The notes beneath the pieces were generated by a model that did no database searches, was not told the DNA's origin, and saw nothing but the letters and a program-made list of their open reading frames with translations. The position numbers and the translations under genes are program-made. This document shows, one piece after another, positions 52,159 to 62,160 of a stretch of 64,000 nt of DNA. Each line of letters opens with the position of its first letter. The stretch's first letter is position 1. The DNA is from Opitutales bacterium (lineage in GTDB: Bacteria > Verrucomicrobiota > Verrucomicrobiia > Opitutales > UBA2987), in NCBI GenBank assembly GCA_965226885.1, contig CBDDEL010000014.1, positions 430,590-494,589 of the forward strand, in the 5' to 3' direction.

Positions 52159-53736
52159 CCCGGATATTTCATGAAGGGTAAAGTTTGGCTCGTGTTTGGC
52201 TCGTTATTGCTATTGGAGATGGATTTCTTTGTATTTTGAGCAGATCGTCTTGATTTTTAGGTGTTTTTCAGGGTGTAGAGACACTGCCCCCTTTCCCCCA
52301 TTGGTTCGGTAGTGCCGGGGGCAGCACCAATGCACCCTTTAGGTTGGCACCAATCGGCGGGCCGCATGGTTGAAAAGACTGGCCCAAGGATAACTCTCAC
52401 TTAGGTGAAAGTGAATCGTTCGGGTGTTGCGCACGATGACCGCTCCGATCTTGATTAATTTGAGCCGCAGGGTGTGCCATTGGGCCCGCGCCCACTTCGT
52501 CCCTTTTAAGGCTAACCGGCGCATGGCTTCCATCAAGGTGTAGGCCAGCGCCGACAAGAGCAATCGCCACTGATTGGCCCACCATTGATGGGCGCTGGTG
52601 CGCTCGCTGAACAATTGCATCTGTTCCTTGATTCGGTTCTCCATTTCACCGCGGCCACAGTATACCTTGTCGTAAAGCTCCTGGGGATCGCCCGGCAGGT
52701 TCGTCACCACGAAGCGCGGGTTGGACCCCTGTGCGGTGTGTTCGGCTTTATGGATGACCAACCGCAGCCATCGCCACGAATCGGCAGCATAGACGAAGTC
52801 CTGGAATAACCGTTGTTTTTTACCCCTTAGTTCGAACCATTCTTTGGCCTGCTTTTGCAACTGCTGGGCGTCTTGCTGCAAGCGTGCATTGCGAGCCATC
52901 CCCACGATGTAACTAACTTCGTTGCGGTCGCACCAAGAGAGTATCCGGTCTCGACAAAATCCACTGTCGGCGCGCCAAATAATCCGCGTACGGGGCCAGC
53001 TTTGGCGAATCCGTTTAACCAGCAATTTGAGGATGGCCCCGGCATGCTTGCTGGCATCGATCTTGCTCGGCCGCAGGTAGGCCACCAGCAGCTGATCACC
53101 GCAAAAAACATATAGCGGCAGAAAACAGTAATGATCATAATAACCGTGGAAAAAACGTCCCTCCTGGAGCCCGTGCACCGGATTGTCGGTGGCGTCAAAG
53201 TCCAGGATGATCTCTTCGGGTTCCTCGGCAAAGGAGCCCATGAACTGTTCGACCAACAGCTCGTTTACCGCAAAGGCCGCCCGCCAATCCTGCCCGTTTT
53301 CAAAACGACACAAAGTCGGCGCGCTGGCCAACGTTTCAATGCGCCCCGTTACCGTTTGCAACAATGGATCGTGGCGCAGGGTATCAAAGTCGTTCAAATC
53401 CTCATAGCCCGCCACCAGCCCGTAAACGCGCTGCCGCAGCATCCCCAATACCTCATGGCGTACTTTGCCCTTCTGCCGTTTGTCCACTAACTGTCGGGCC
53501 GCTCGTTCGGTCAAGCCCAACTGCCGATCCACTTCCCGGATCAAAAGCAGTCCGGCATCCGAAGTAACCTCTCCGCCCTTGAAATCAACCCGCACACGGC
53601 GGCCTTTTACCCTTGTCAACTGTAGCTTTAATTGTTTACCTTTTGTCATCGCTGATATTGCTTTAATTATTGATCTATCCTGCTGTATATCAGCAGTTAA
53701 GCATATCAACGATACTTTTTTTACGAAATATCCGGG
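52159..53736 (-). mobile_element. IS-A copy 6, inserted at the stop codon of the IS-B transposase
   Basis: Both IRs present. Direct repeat ctag (52155-52158, 53737-53740). Carries an 11-bp tandem duplication (52183-52204). Confidence 0.95.
52339..53649 (-). CDS. IS1380-family DDE transposase (two substitutions vs consensus: R to W, C to W)
   Basis: Intact ORF. Confidence 0.8.
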   Translation of the reverse strand: MTKGKQLKLQLTRVKGRRVRVDFKGGEVTSDAGLLLIREVDRQLGLTERAARQLVDKRQKGKVRHEVLGMLRQRVYGLVAGYEDLNDFDTLRHDPLLQTVTGRIETLASAPTLCRFENGQDWRAAFAVNELLVEQFMGSFAEEPEEIILDFDATDNPVHGLQEGRFFHGYYDHYCFLPLYVFCGDQLLVAYLRPSKIDASKHAGAILKLLVKRIRQSWPRTRIIWRADSGFCRDRILSWCDRNEVSYIVGMARNARLQQDAQQLQKQAKEWFELRGKKQRLFQDFVYAADSWRWLRLVIHKAEHTAQGSNPRFVVTNLPGDPQELYDKVYCGRGEMENRIKEQMQLFSERTSAHQWWANQWRLLLSALAYTLMEAMRRLALKGTKWARAQWHTLRLKLIKIGAVIVRNTRTIHFHLSESYPWASLFNHAARRLVPT

Positions 53737-55220
53737 CTAGGCCGCCGCTTTGGTTTTTAGTTCGTCTTGCTGGGCCAGCATCTTGGCTACTTTCCATAGG
53801 TTGTGCGAGAGTACCGACCAGGCTACGCTGATCGAGCGGTTGGCAAAGCCTTTGCTGCGCAACCGCCCGGCCTGCCAGCGATTCTTCAATACCCCGATCC
53901 GCCCTTCGGTGCTGGCCCGGCGCTTTTGCAATTGTCTGAACAGTGGTTCCTCCATCCGTTTTTTCAACTGCTTCGGATCGCGTGGACAGAGCGCGTCGTA
54001 GATTCCCTCCTGGGCTAACTGCCGGCGGGCCCGCTGGGAGGCAAATCCCCGGTCCGCGCACATGGCCGCTATGGGTTCTTCCAGGTTGAAGCGGTTCTGT
54101 CTTTGCAAACTCTCTTGCATTTGTTCATTTTCGCTTGGAGTTCGGCTGCCGTAGAGTTTCCAGTCCAGCAGGTACCCTTCAACGCTTTCTCCCAAAAACA
54201 GGGTGTTGCCGAACTCGACCTCTTGGCCCGCTTTACCTCGCACAATCACCTGCCCATCGAGTTCGTAAACACTCAAGACTTTCTCTGCGTTTTTCACCTG
54301 GCGGCCGCCAATGATCCGCTCGTGCGCCTGTTTGATGACCACCGGGATTTGCTCGCTCATGCGCTCCATCCGGGCGAGGATCTGTTGGACCTGTTTTTCG
54401 CTGTAATCGCTTTGCTCCCAGCAGGCTTGCAATAATTCCCGGTGACTGCGGGCATGCTCCCCGATCCGTTTGAGCAGCTTTTTCATCTGCCTCAAGATAC
54501 CCTTGCGCTGCCGCGCGCTGTCCTTTCGCCGCCGGCTGTGGGTCATCTGTATGCACAGCCGATTCATCTGCCGAGCCAAGGGCTCCGGTTCGATCGGCAT
54601 GCGATGGCGCAAACCGGCCTTCTCGCGGATCAGCCGGATCGCTTTGAGCAACGTGCCGGCTACATCCTTGAGTAATACCCAGTCCGTCGGCCAATGAATG
54701 TTAGCCTCCAAACAGGTGCCGTCGATCAGGCAAATGGTGGTGTCAATCGGCTTGTCCAATCCCACCTGCCGGGCCAGAAGGGCATCGCCCACCACCTCAG
54801 TCAAGGTCCGGTGCAAGGCCCTCAACTGCTCTTCGCTGAAAAACTTCGAGGCCCGCTCCAGGGTGCTTTTGGAGATGCCCCTGATGCCATCGATCTGCCG
54901 GACACGGCAAAAGTCGGCCAACAGATCGCTGCTGCCCAGAGCCCGCGACAAATGCCGAAACGAGATCCCTCCGAGCAGACGGCCCAGCGTATCCATGCGC
55001 AGTGTGCCTTGATGGCAAAACTGGCCCGCTGCCGCCGGGCCTTTAGACCCATTGGCTGCCACCCCTCCAAGGCCAGCTCAATGGCCTGCGATTCCACCTC
55101 CGAGTCGATCAGCAGCCGATCGATTCGATCAATGGTGGCGCGGAAGTTATCGTAATCGAGGCACCGGTCAACCACAGTTAAAGCTGGACGCAGGAGGCAT
55201 TGGATGGCTATATTTTTCAT
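53737..55220 (-). pseudogene. IS-B transposase, frameshifted by a 2-nt (tg) duplication at 55003-55006
   Basis: Split into ORFs 53737-55062 and 54822-55220. The sequence gcagtgtgcctt replaces gcagtgcctt of the other copies. Confidence 0.85.
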
Positions 55221-55436
55221 AGAAAGGGCTATATTGATTTTCGCTAACTCAATTATAGAACCCTTTTTTGGCCGGATCGAGCAAAAACTTGCTCTTTCCG
55301 GCTCTTTTTATCAACGTCATCCAGTTGACTATAAAATCTTTATATTTTTGGGACAGCCTCTAAATAGGTGGCCCACGGCCCCATTGATCTCGCTACGGCG
55401 AAAAAGCGAATATTTAAAAAATTAACAAAACAAACT

Positions 55437-57134
55437 ATGAATTCTAGTTTAAGTATCCTGATCCACGTTTTAACCATAATTATGCTGGGAATATATTCTA
55501 TGCCCATTTATGGCGATCCGCTATTCGCTGATCTTGTAGTAACCAATGCGAATGTAATCACGGTTGATAAAGACCAATCGCAAGCGGAAGCATTTGCGAT
55601 TCGAGATGGAATATTTGTCGCTGTGGGTACGAATGGCGACGTTAGATCGCTGATTGGCAAGAATACTACGGTCATCGAGGCAGAAGGCAAAACGATTACA
55701 CCTGGTTTCATCGATGTCCACCTTCATCCCAGGTCGATATACTTATGGACGCACAGGTTAGGCAGTGTCGATTTGTCACCCGCCGCCGTCAAAACAATGG
55801 AGGGACTTGTTGCTGCCTTAAAAGCCAAAGCGGAAATAACGCCGAAGGGACAATGGATTCGGGGAAGTCGTTACCAGGGCACTAAATTGGGTCGAAGTCC
55901 CAACCGCTGGGATTTAGATCGGGCATCTACCGATCATCCCATCTGGATTGGCCATTCGAGCGGTCATTTAAGCGTCGTAAACTCGTACGCTTTGCGGGCG
56001 GCAAACATCACTCAGGATACACCGGATCCGCCTGGTGGAGCATTCGATCGCGATGATAGCGGGGAACCGAATGGAATCTGCCGCGAAGGCGCCGGAGGGC
56101 TTGTTCGAGATGGCGGCCCCCCCATGCCGGAAGCTTCCCGCAAAGAAGAACTGGAGGGTTATCAACGTTGTTTCCACGAGTTCATGCGAAAAGGAATTAC
56201 CAGCATTGGCGATGCCGGCGTTAATCCAGGTAAAATCCGTGTATATCAGGAATTGGTCGAAGCAGGAATGCCGCTTCGCATCAACATGATGATTCGTGAA
56301 AAATATTTTCCCGATTTGAAAAAGTTGAACATTCACACGAAGTTTGGAAACAGCCGGCTAAAAATCGGTCCGATTAAAGTGCGCCATGGAAATTCATTAT
56401 CCGGCCGCACATGTTGGTTGTACGAACCCTACGAGAGGATAAATCCGAGAACTGGCAAAAAGGATTACTATGGAATACCGCCTGCACGGTCGCAGGAAAA
56501 ACTAACTGAATTGTTCAGCGATATTCATGCAGCGGGTTTTCAAATCGCCGTTCATTCCAATGGCGACCGGGAAATCGATATGGTGCTTAATGCCATCGAA
56601 AAAGCCTTGCAGAAAACGCCGCGAGAAGATCATCGGCACAGGATCGAACACTGCAGCATAGTAAGCGACCGTATTCTCCAACGGATCAAGGATCTGGGGG
56701 TTGTATTAGCTCTTCATTCTTATATCTACGAACACGGGGACAAAATGGAAGAATACGGTGAAAGGCGTTGGAACATGATGCACGCCAACCGGTCGGCCCT
56801 GGATTTGGGCATCGTTGTGGCTGGCAACTCCGATTACGGCGTCAGCGCGGCCGATCCGATGCTGCGGATTCAGAGTTTAGTAACACGCAAATCAGCGGAA
56901 GGCAAAGTCTATGGAGCCAAACAAAAAATCTCTGTCCAGGAAGCGCTCTGGATTTGGACTATGGGAAGCGCGTTGGCCTCGTTTGACGAAAAGATCAAAG
57001 GCTCGATTACCAACGGAAAACTGGCCGATTTCGTGATGCTCACGGATGATCCAACTCATACCCCACTTGACTTTATAAAGGATATCAAGGTCGAAAAAAC
57101 TTTTATCGGAGGGAAGCTGGTTTTTGAACGTTAA
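55437..57134 (+). CDS. Amidohydrolase-3 (YtcJ-like) metal-dependent hydrolase with N-terminal signal/anchor
   Basis: ADLVVTNANVITVD...AFAIRDGIFVAVG...GKTITPGFIDVHLHP, HSNGD, and a C-terminal GSITNGKLADFV motif. Confidence 0.75.
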   Translation: MNSSLSILIHVLTIIMLGIYSMPIYGDPLFADLVVTNANVITVDKDQSQAEAFAIRDGIFVAVGTNGDVRSLIGKNTTVIEAEGKTITPGFIDVHLHPRSIYLWTHRLGSVDLSPAAVKTMEGLVAALKAKAEITPKGQWIRGSRYQGTKLGRSPNRWDLDRASTDHPIWIGHSSGHLSVVNSYALRAANITQDTPDPPGGAFDRDDSGEPNGICREGAGGLVRDGGPPMPEASRKEELEGYQRCFHEFMRKGITSIGDAGVNPGKIRVYQELVEAGMPLRINMMIREKYFPDLKKLNIHTKFGNSRLKIGPIKVRHGNSLSGRTCWLYEPYERINPRTGKKDYYGIPPARSQEKLTELFSDIHAAGFQIAVHSNGDREIDMVLNAIEKALQKTPREDHRHRIEHCSIVSDRILQRIKDLGVVLALHSYIYEHGDKMEEYGERRWNMMHANRSALDLGIVVAGNSDYGVSAADPMLRIQSLVTRKSAEGKVYGAKQKISVQEALWIWTMGSALASFDEKIKGSITNGKLADFVMLTDDPTHTPLDFIKDIKVEKTFIGGKLVFER

Positions 57135-57282
57135 TCCGGAATTCGCAGTTATGGATGGTGGCGATGTGAGGTTTGAGAGGCGGGATGAGGGCAAAGACTT
57201 CTTACCCGGCAATAACTTGTAGTTGCCGCTACTTGACCTATCGGACAGCGTCAGATAACCTGAAACCACTATTGTTATGTTA

Positions 57283-59116
57283 GAGGCTGTCAGGCTGTCC
57301 CAAAAGGGTGATTTTTGCGAGGGCTTTTGATAGGCGCTCATTTTAGAGGTATTTGCATTTGGGAGAGTATCAACTTTGCTCTCCTATGACGTTAGGATAC
57401 TGGTTTTGGGGTCCGGTTGCCTGGTTTTCTTTGTATGAGCCGACAGTACGGCTGTGAAAAAGTATTGTCCTTGCTTTTCCGCTCTCTAGGCCGCCGCTTT
57501 GGTTTTTAGTTCGTCTTGCTGGGCCAGCATCTTGGCTACTTTCCATAGGTTGTGCGAGAGTACCGACCAGGCTACGCTGATCGAGCGGTTGGCAAAGCCT
57601 TTGCTGCGCAACCGCCCGGCCTGCCAGCGATTCTTCAATACCCCGATCCGCCCTTCGGTGCTGGCCCGGCGCTTTTGCAATTGTCTGAACAGTGGTTCCT
57701 CCATCCGTTTTTTCAACTGCTTCGGATCGCGTGGACAGAGCGCGTCGTAGATTCCCTCCTGGGCTAACTGCCGGCGGGCCCGCTGGGAGGCAAATCCCCG
57801 GTCCGCGCACATGGCCGCTATGGGTTCTTCCAGGTTGAAGCGGTTCTGTCTTTGCAAACTCTCTTGCATTTGTTCATTTTCGCTTGGAGTTCGGCTGCCG
57901 TAGAGTTTCCAGTCCAGCAGGTACCCTTCAACGCTTTCTCCCAAAAACAGGGTGTTGCCGAACTCGACCTCTTGGCCCGCTTTACCTCGCACAATCACCT
58001 GCCCATCGAGTTCGTAAACACTCAAGACTTTCTCTGCGTTTTTCACCTGGCGGCCGCCAATGATCCGCTCGTGCGCCTGTTTGATGACCACCGGGATTTG
58101 CTCGCTCATGCGCTCCATCCGGGCGAGGATCTGTTGGACCTGTTTTTCGCTGTAATCGCTTTGCTCCCAGCAGGCTTGCAATAATTCCCGGTGACTGCGG
58201 GCATGCTCCCCGATCCGTTTGAGCAGCTTTTTCATCTGCCTCAAGATACCCTTGCGCTGCCGCGCGCTGTCCTTTCGCCGCCGGCTGTGGGTCATCTGTA
58301 TGCACAGCCGATTCATCTGCCGAGCCAAGGGCTCCGGTTCGATCGGCATGCGATGGCGCAAACCGGCCTTCTCGCGGATCAGCCGGATCGCTTTGAGCAA
58401 CGTGCCGGCTACATCCTTGAGTAATACCCAGTCCGTCGGCCAATGAATGTTAGCCTCCAAACAGGTGCCGTCGATCAGGCAAATGGTGGTGTCAATCGGC
58501 TTGTCCAATCCCACCTGCCGGGCCAGAAGGGCATCGCCCACCACCTCAGTCAAGGTCCGGTGCAAGGCCCTCAACTGCTCTTCGCTGAAAAACTTCGAGG
58601 CCCGCTCCAGGGTGCTTTTGGAGATGCCCCTGATGCCATCGATCTGCCGGACACGGCAAAAGTCGGCCAACAGATCGCTGCTGCCCAGAGCCCGCGACAA
58701 ATGCCGAAACGAAATCCCTCCGAGCAGACGGCCCAGCGTATCCATGCGCAGTGCCTTGATGGCAAAACTGGCCCGCTGCCGCCGGGCCTTTAGACCCATT
58801 GGCGGCCACCCCTCCAAGGCCAGCTCAATGGCCTGCGATTCCACCTCCGAGTCGATCAGCAGCCGATCGATTCGATCAATGGTGGCGCGGAAGTTATCGT
58901 AATCGAGGCACCGGTCGACCACAGTTAAAGCTGGACGCAGGAGGCATTGGATGGCTATATTTTTCATAGAAAGCATAGAAAGGGCTATATTGATTTTCGC
59001 TAACTCAATTATAGAACCCTTTTTTGGCCGGATCGAGCAAAAACTTGCTCTTTCCGGCTCTTTTTATCAACGTCATCCAGTTGACTATAAAATCTTTATA
59101 TTTTTGGGACAGCCTC
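57283..59116 (-). mobile_element. IS-B copy 4, with an intact ORF but duplications in one IR and at the start codon
   Basis: 7-bp direct repeat tatgtta (57276-57282, 59117-59123). 8-bp duplication aggctgtc x2 inside the IR (57284-57299). 9-bp duplication catagaaag x2 (58965-58982). Confidence 0.9.
57486..58967 (-). CDS. IS-B DDE transposase (IS4/IS5 superfamily, about 493 aa)
   Basis: DGTCLEANIHWPTDWVLLKD, CADRGF, and the C-terminal RRASTEGRIGVLK motif (R-x3-E-x6-K). The precise family (IS1634-like or IS1182-like) is not resolved. Confidence 0.8.
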   Translation of the reverse strand: MKNIAIQCLLRPALTVVDRCLDYDNFRATIDRIDRLLIDSEVESQAIELALEGWPPMGLKARRQRASFAIKALRMDTLGRLLGGISFRHLSRALGSSDLLADFCRVRQIDGIRGISKSTLERASKFFSEEQLRALHRTLTEVVGDALLARQVGLDKPIDTTICLIDGTCLEANIHWPTDWVLLKDVAGTLLKAIRLIREKAGLRHRMPIEPEPLARQMNRLCIQMTHSRRRKDSARQRKGILRQMKKLLKRIGEHARSHRELLQACWEQSDYSEKQVQQILARMERMSEQIPVVIKQAHERIIGGRQVKNAEKVLSVYELDGQVIVRGKAGQEVEFGNTLFLGESVEGYLLDWKLYGSRTPSENEQMQESLQRQNRFNLEEPIAAMCADRGFASQRARRQLAQEGIYDALCPRDPKQLKKRMEEPLFRQLQKRRASTEGRIGVLKNRWQAGRLRSKGFANRSISVAWSVLSHNLWKVAKMLAQQDELKTKAAA

Positions 59117-59184
59117 TATGTTAACGACCACTCCAACAAAGACAGACATTGGCTGTTGGGTCAGATCCTGACTTTTACAGGTTA

Positions 59185-59946
59185 ATGGCGATGGACTACG
59201 ATCAAACAACAATTCCTGAATCCTACAAGAAGGGACGCGAAATAGGGGACGCGGGACTAGCTCTGTGGATGGATGCGATTGAACGGCACATCGATCCTTC
59301 TGAGATTGAGTCGATTCTTGATTTGGGATGTGGAACAGGAAGGTTTTCTGAAGCTTTGTCAGAGCGGTTTGATGCACGACTGATCGGGATTGATCCGTCT
59401 ACCAGAATGCTGACGCAGGCAATCGAGTCTTTGGTGGGGGAAAGGTTCGTATTCAAAAAGGGATCGGCAGAAGATATTCCGATTGGTGACGGAACGGTGG
59501 ATTTGGTTTTCCTTTCAATGGTATGGCACCACATTGTGGATGTTGACCGCGCATTGCAGGAATTCCAAAGAGTGTTGAGAAATGGTGGTTACGCGTGTGT
59601 GCGCAACCCAACAGTGGAATTATTGAATCGGGCTGCATTTTTGGATTATTTCCCGGGAGCAGGGGTTGTCGATTTGGAAATGCTACCATCTGCATATAAT
59701 CTGAAGAGCGTCTTTTCAGACCAAGGATTTGATTTGATCGCCCACGATGTGATCGAAAGTGAATTTGCCGAGAATTTCCAAGCGATGTATGAGAAGGTTA
59801 AGCATCGAGCATTATCTGAGCTTGCGGCGATTTCGGATGATGAATTTTCGACTGGGTTGAAAAGCATGGCTGCGGATTTGAAAAAGGAATCGAATCTGGA
59901 GCCGATTATTGAGCCGATTGACCTGTTCGTCTATCGCATGGGGTGA
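59185..59946 (+). CDS. Class I SAM-dependent methyltransferase
   Basis: Motif I ILDLGCGTGRFS and post-I LIGIDPS, then DLVFLSMVWHH. Confidence 0.75.
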   Translation: MAMDYDQTTIPESYKKGREIGDAGLALWMDAIERHIDPSEIESILDLGCGTGRFSEALSERFDARLIGIDPSTRMLTQAIESLVGERFVFKKGSAEDIPIGDGTVDLVFLSMVWHHIVDVDRALQEFQRVLRNGGYACVRNPTVELLNRAAFLDYFPGAGVVDLEMLPSAYNLKSVFSDQGFDLIAHDVIESEFAENFQAMYEKVKHRALSELAAISDDEFSTGLKSMAADLKKESNLEPIIEPIDLFVYRMG

Positions 59947-60020
59947 TGGTCGGGCGTTTCAGTAGGGATTTTTCGATTTAAATCCCAACCAGAGAATATT
60001 CCATTATCTCTTCGGGTAGT

Positions 60021-60110
60021 GGCCGGATCGAGCAAAAACTTGCTCTTCAAGTCTATTCTTATAAACGTCATATAATTGAGTACAAAATCTTTATATTTTT
60101 TGACAGCCTC
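60021..60110 (-). mobile_element. Diverged solo right-end fragment of an IS-B-like element (about 90 bp)
   Basis: ggccggatcgagcaaaaacttgctc...atctttatattttttgacagcctc aligns at roughly 80 percent with the IS-B transposase-proximal end. Confidence 0.7.
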
Positions 60111-60593
60111 TAATTAGAGGCTGTCCCAAAAGGGTGATTTTTGCGAGGGCTTTTGATAGGCGCTCATTTTAGAGGTATTTGCATTTGGGAGAGTATCAAC
60201 TTTGCTCTCCTATGACGTTAGGATACTGGTTTTGGGGTCCGGTTGCCTGGTTTTCTTTGTATGAGCCGACAGTACGGCTGTGAAAAAGTATTGTCCTTGC
60301 TTTTCCGCTCTCTAGGCCGCCGCTTTGGTTTTTAGTTCGTCTTGCTGGGCCAGCATCTTGGCTACTTTCCATAGGTTGTGCGAGAGTACCGACCAGGCTA
60401 CGCTGATCGAGCGGTTGGCAAAGCCTTTGCTGCGCAACCGCCCGGCCTGCCAGCGATTCTTCAATACCCCGATCCGCCCTTCGGTGCTGGCCCGGCGCTT
60501 TTGCAATTGTCTAAACAGTGGTTCCTCCATCCGTTTTTTCAACTGCTTCGGATCGCGTGGACAGAGCGCGTCGTAGATTCCCTCCTGGGCTAA

Positions 60594-62160
60594 CCCGGAT
60601 ATTTCATGAAGGGTAAAGTTTGGCTCGTTATTGCTATTGGAGATGGATTTCTTTGTATTTTGAGCAGATCGTCTTGATTTTTAGGTGTTTTTCAGGGTGT
60701 AGAGACACTGCCCCCTTTCCCCCATTGGTTCGGTAGTGCCGGGGGCAGCACCAATGCACCCTTTAGGTTGGCACCAATCGGCGGGCCGCATGGTTGAAAA
60801 GACTGGCCCAAGGATAACTCTCACTTAGGTGAAAGTGAATCGTTCGGGTGTTGCGCACGATGACCGCTCCGATCTTGATTAATTTGAGCCGCAGGGTGTG
60901 GCATTGGGCCCGCGCCCACTTCGTCCCTTTTAAGGCTAACCGGCGCATGGCTTCCATCAAGGTGTAGGCCAGCGCCGACAAGAGCAATCGCCACTGATTG
61001 GCCCACCATTGATGGGCGCTGGTGCGCTCGCTGAACAATTGCATCTGTTCCTTGATTCGGTTCTCCATTTCACCGCGGCCACAGTATACCTTGTCGTAAA
61101 GCTCCTGGGGATCGCCCGGCAGGTTCGTCACCACGAAGCGCGGGTTGGACCCCTGTGCGGTGTGTTCGGCTTTATGGATGACCAACCGCAGCCATCGCCA
61201 CGAATCGGCAGCATAGACGAAGTCCTGGAATAACCGTTGTTTTTTACCCCTTAGTTCGAACCATTCTTTGGCCTGCTTTTGCAACTGCTGGGCGTCTTGC
61301 TGCAAGCGTGCATTGCGAGCCATCCCCACGATGTAACTAACTTCGTTGCGGTCGCACCAAGAGAGTATCCGGTCTCGACAAAATCCACTGTCGGCGCGCC
61401 AAATAATCCGCGTACGGGGCCAGCTTTGGCGCATCCGTTTAACCAGCAATTTGAGGATGGCCCCGGCATGCTTGCTGGCATCGATCTTGCTCGGCCGCAG
61501 GTAGGCCACCAGCAGCTGATCACCGCAAAAAACATATAGCGGCAGAAAACAGTAATGATCATAATAACCGTGGAAAAAACGTCCCTCCTGGAGCCCGTGC
61601 ACCGGATTGTCGGTGGCGTCAAAGTCCAGGATGATCTCTTCGGGTTCCTCGGCAAAGGAGCCCATGAACTGTTCGACCAACAGCTCGTTTACCGCAAAGG
61701 CCGCCCGCCGATCCTGCCCGTTTTCAAAACGACACAAAGTCGGCGCGCTGGCCAACGTTTCAATGCGCCCCGTTACCGTTTGCAACAATGGATCGTGGCG
61801 CAGGGTATCAAAGTCGTTCAAATCCTCATAGCCCGCCACCAGCCCGTAAACGCGCTGCCGCAGCATCCCCAATACCTCATGGCGTACTTTGCCCTTCTGC
61901 CGTTTGTCCACTAACTGTCGGGCCGCTCGTTCGGTCAAGCCCAACTGCCGATCCACTTCCCGGATCAAAAGCAGTCCGGCATCCGAAGTAACCTCTCCGC
62001 CCTTGAAATCAACCCGCACACGGCGGCCTTTTACCCTTGTCAACTGTAGCTTTAATTGTTTACCTTTTGTCATCGCTGATATTGCTTTAATTATTGATCT
62101 ATCCTGCTGTATATCAGCAGTTAAGCATATCAACGATACTTTTTTTACGAAATATCCGGG
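60594..62160 (-). mobile_element. IS-A copy 7
   Basis: Both IRs present. Direct repeat ctaa (60590-60593, 62161-62164). Confidence 0.95.
60763..62073 (-). CDS. IS1380-family DDE transposase (one substitution, I to M)
   Basis: Intact ORF. Confidence 0.8.
   Translation of the reverse strand: MTKGKQLKLQLTRVKGRRVRVDFKGGEVTSDAGLLLIREVDRQLGLTERAARQLVDKRQKGKVRHEVLGMLRQRVYGLVAGYEDLNDFDTLRHDPLLQTVTGRIETLASAPTLCRFENGQDRRAAFAVNELLVEQFMGSFAEEPEEIILDFDATDNPVHGLQEGRFFHGYYDHYCFLPLYVFCGDQLLVAYLRPSKIDASKHAGAILKLLVKRMRQSWPRTRIIWRADSGFCRDRILSWCDRNEVSYIVGMARNARLQQDAQQLQKQAKEWFELRGKKQRLFQDFVYAADSWRWLRLVIHKAEHTAQGSNPRFVVTNLPGDPQELYDKVYCGRGEMENRIKEQMQLFSERTSAHQWWANQWRLLLSALAYTLMEAMRRLALKGTKWARAQCHTLRLKLIKIGAVIVRNTRTIHFHLSESYPWASLFNHAARRLVPT

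Larger units (their letters stand above)
51960..55360 (-). mobile_element. IS-B copy 3 carrying nested IS-A copy 6
   Basis: IRs at both ends. 6-bp direct repeat taaata (51954-51959, 55361-55366). Confidence 0.9.

Noticed and set aside
51960-59116. IS-B copy 3, the amidohydrolase gene and IS-B copy 4 as a composite transposon
   Set aside because: Both copies are in the same orientation and bracket the gene. However, each has its own matching target duplication (taaata for copy 3, tatgtta for copy 4), which shows two independent insertions rather than mobilisation as a unit.
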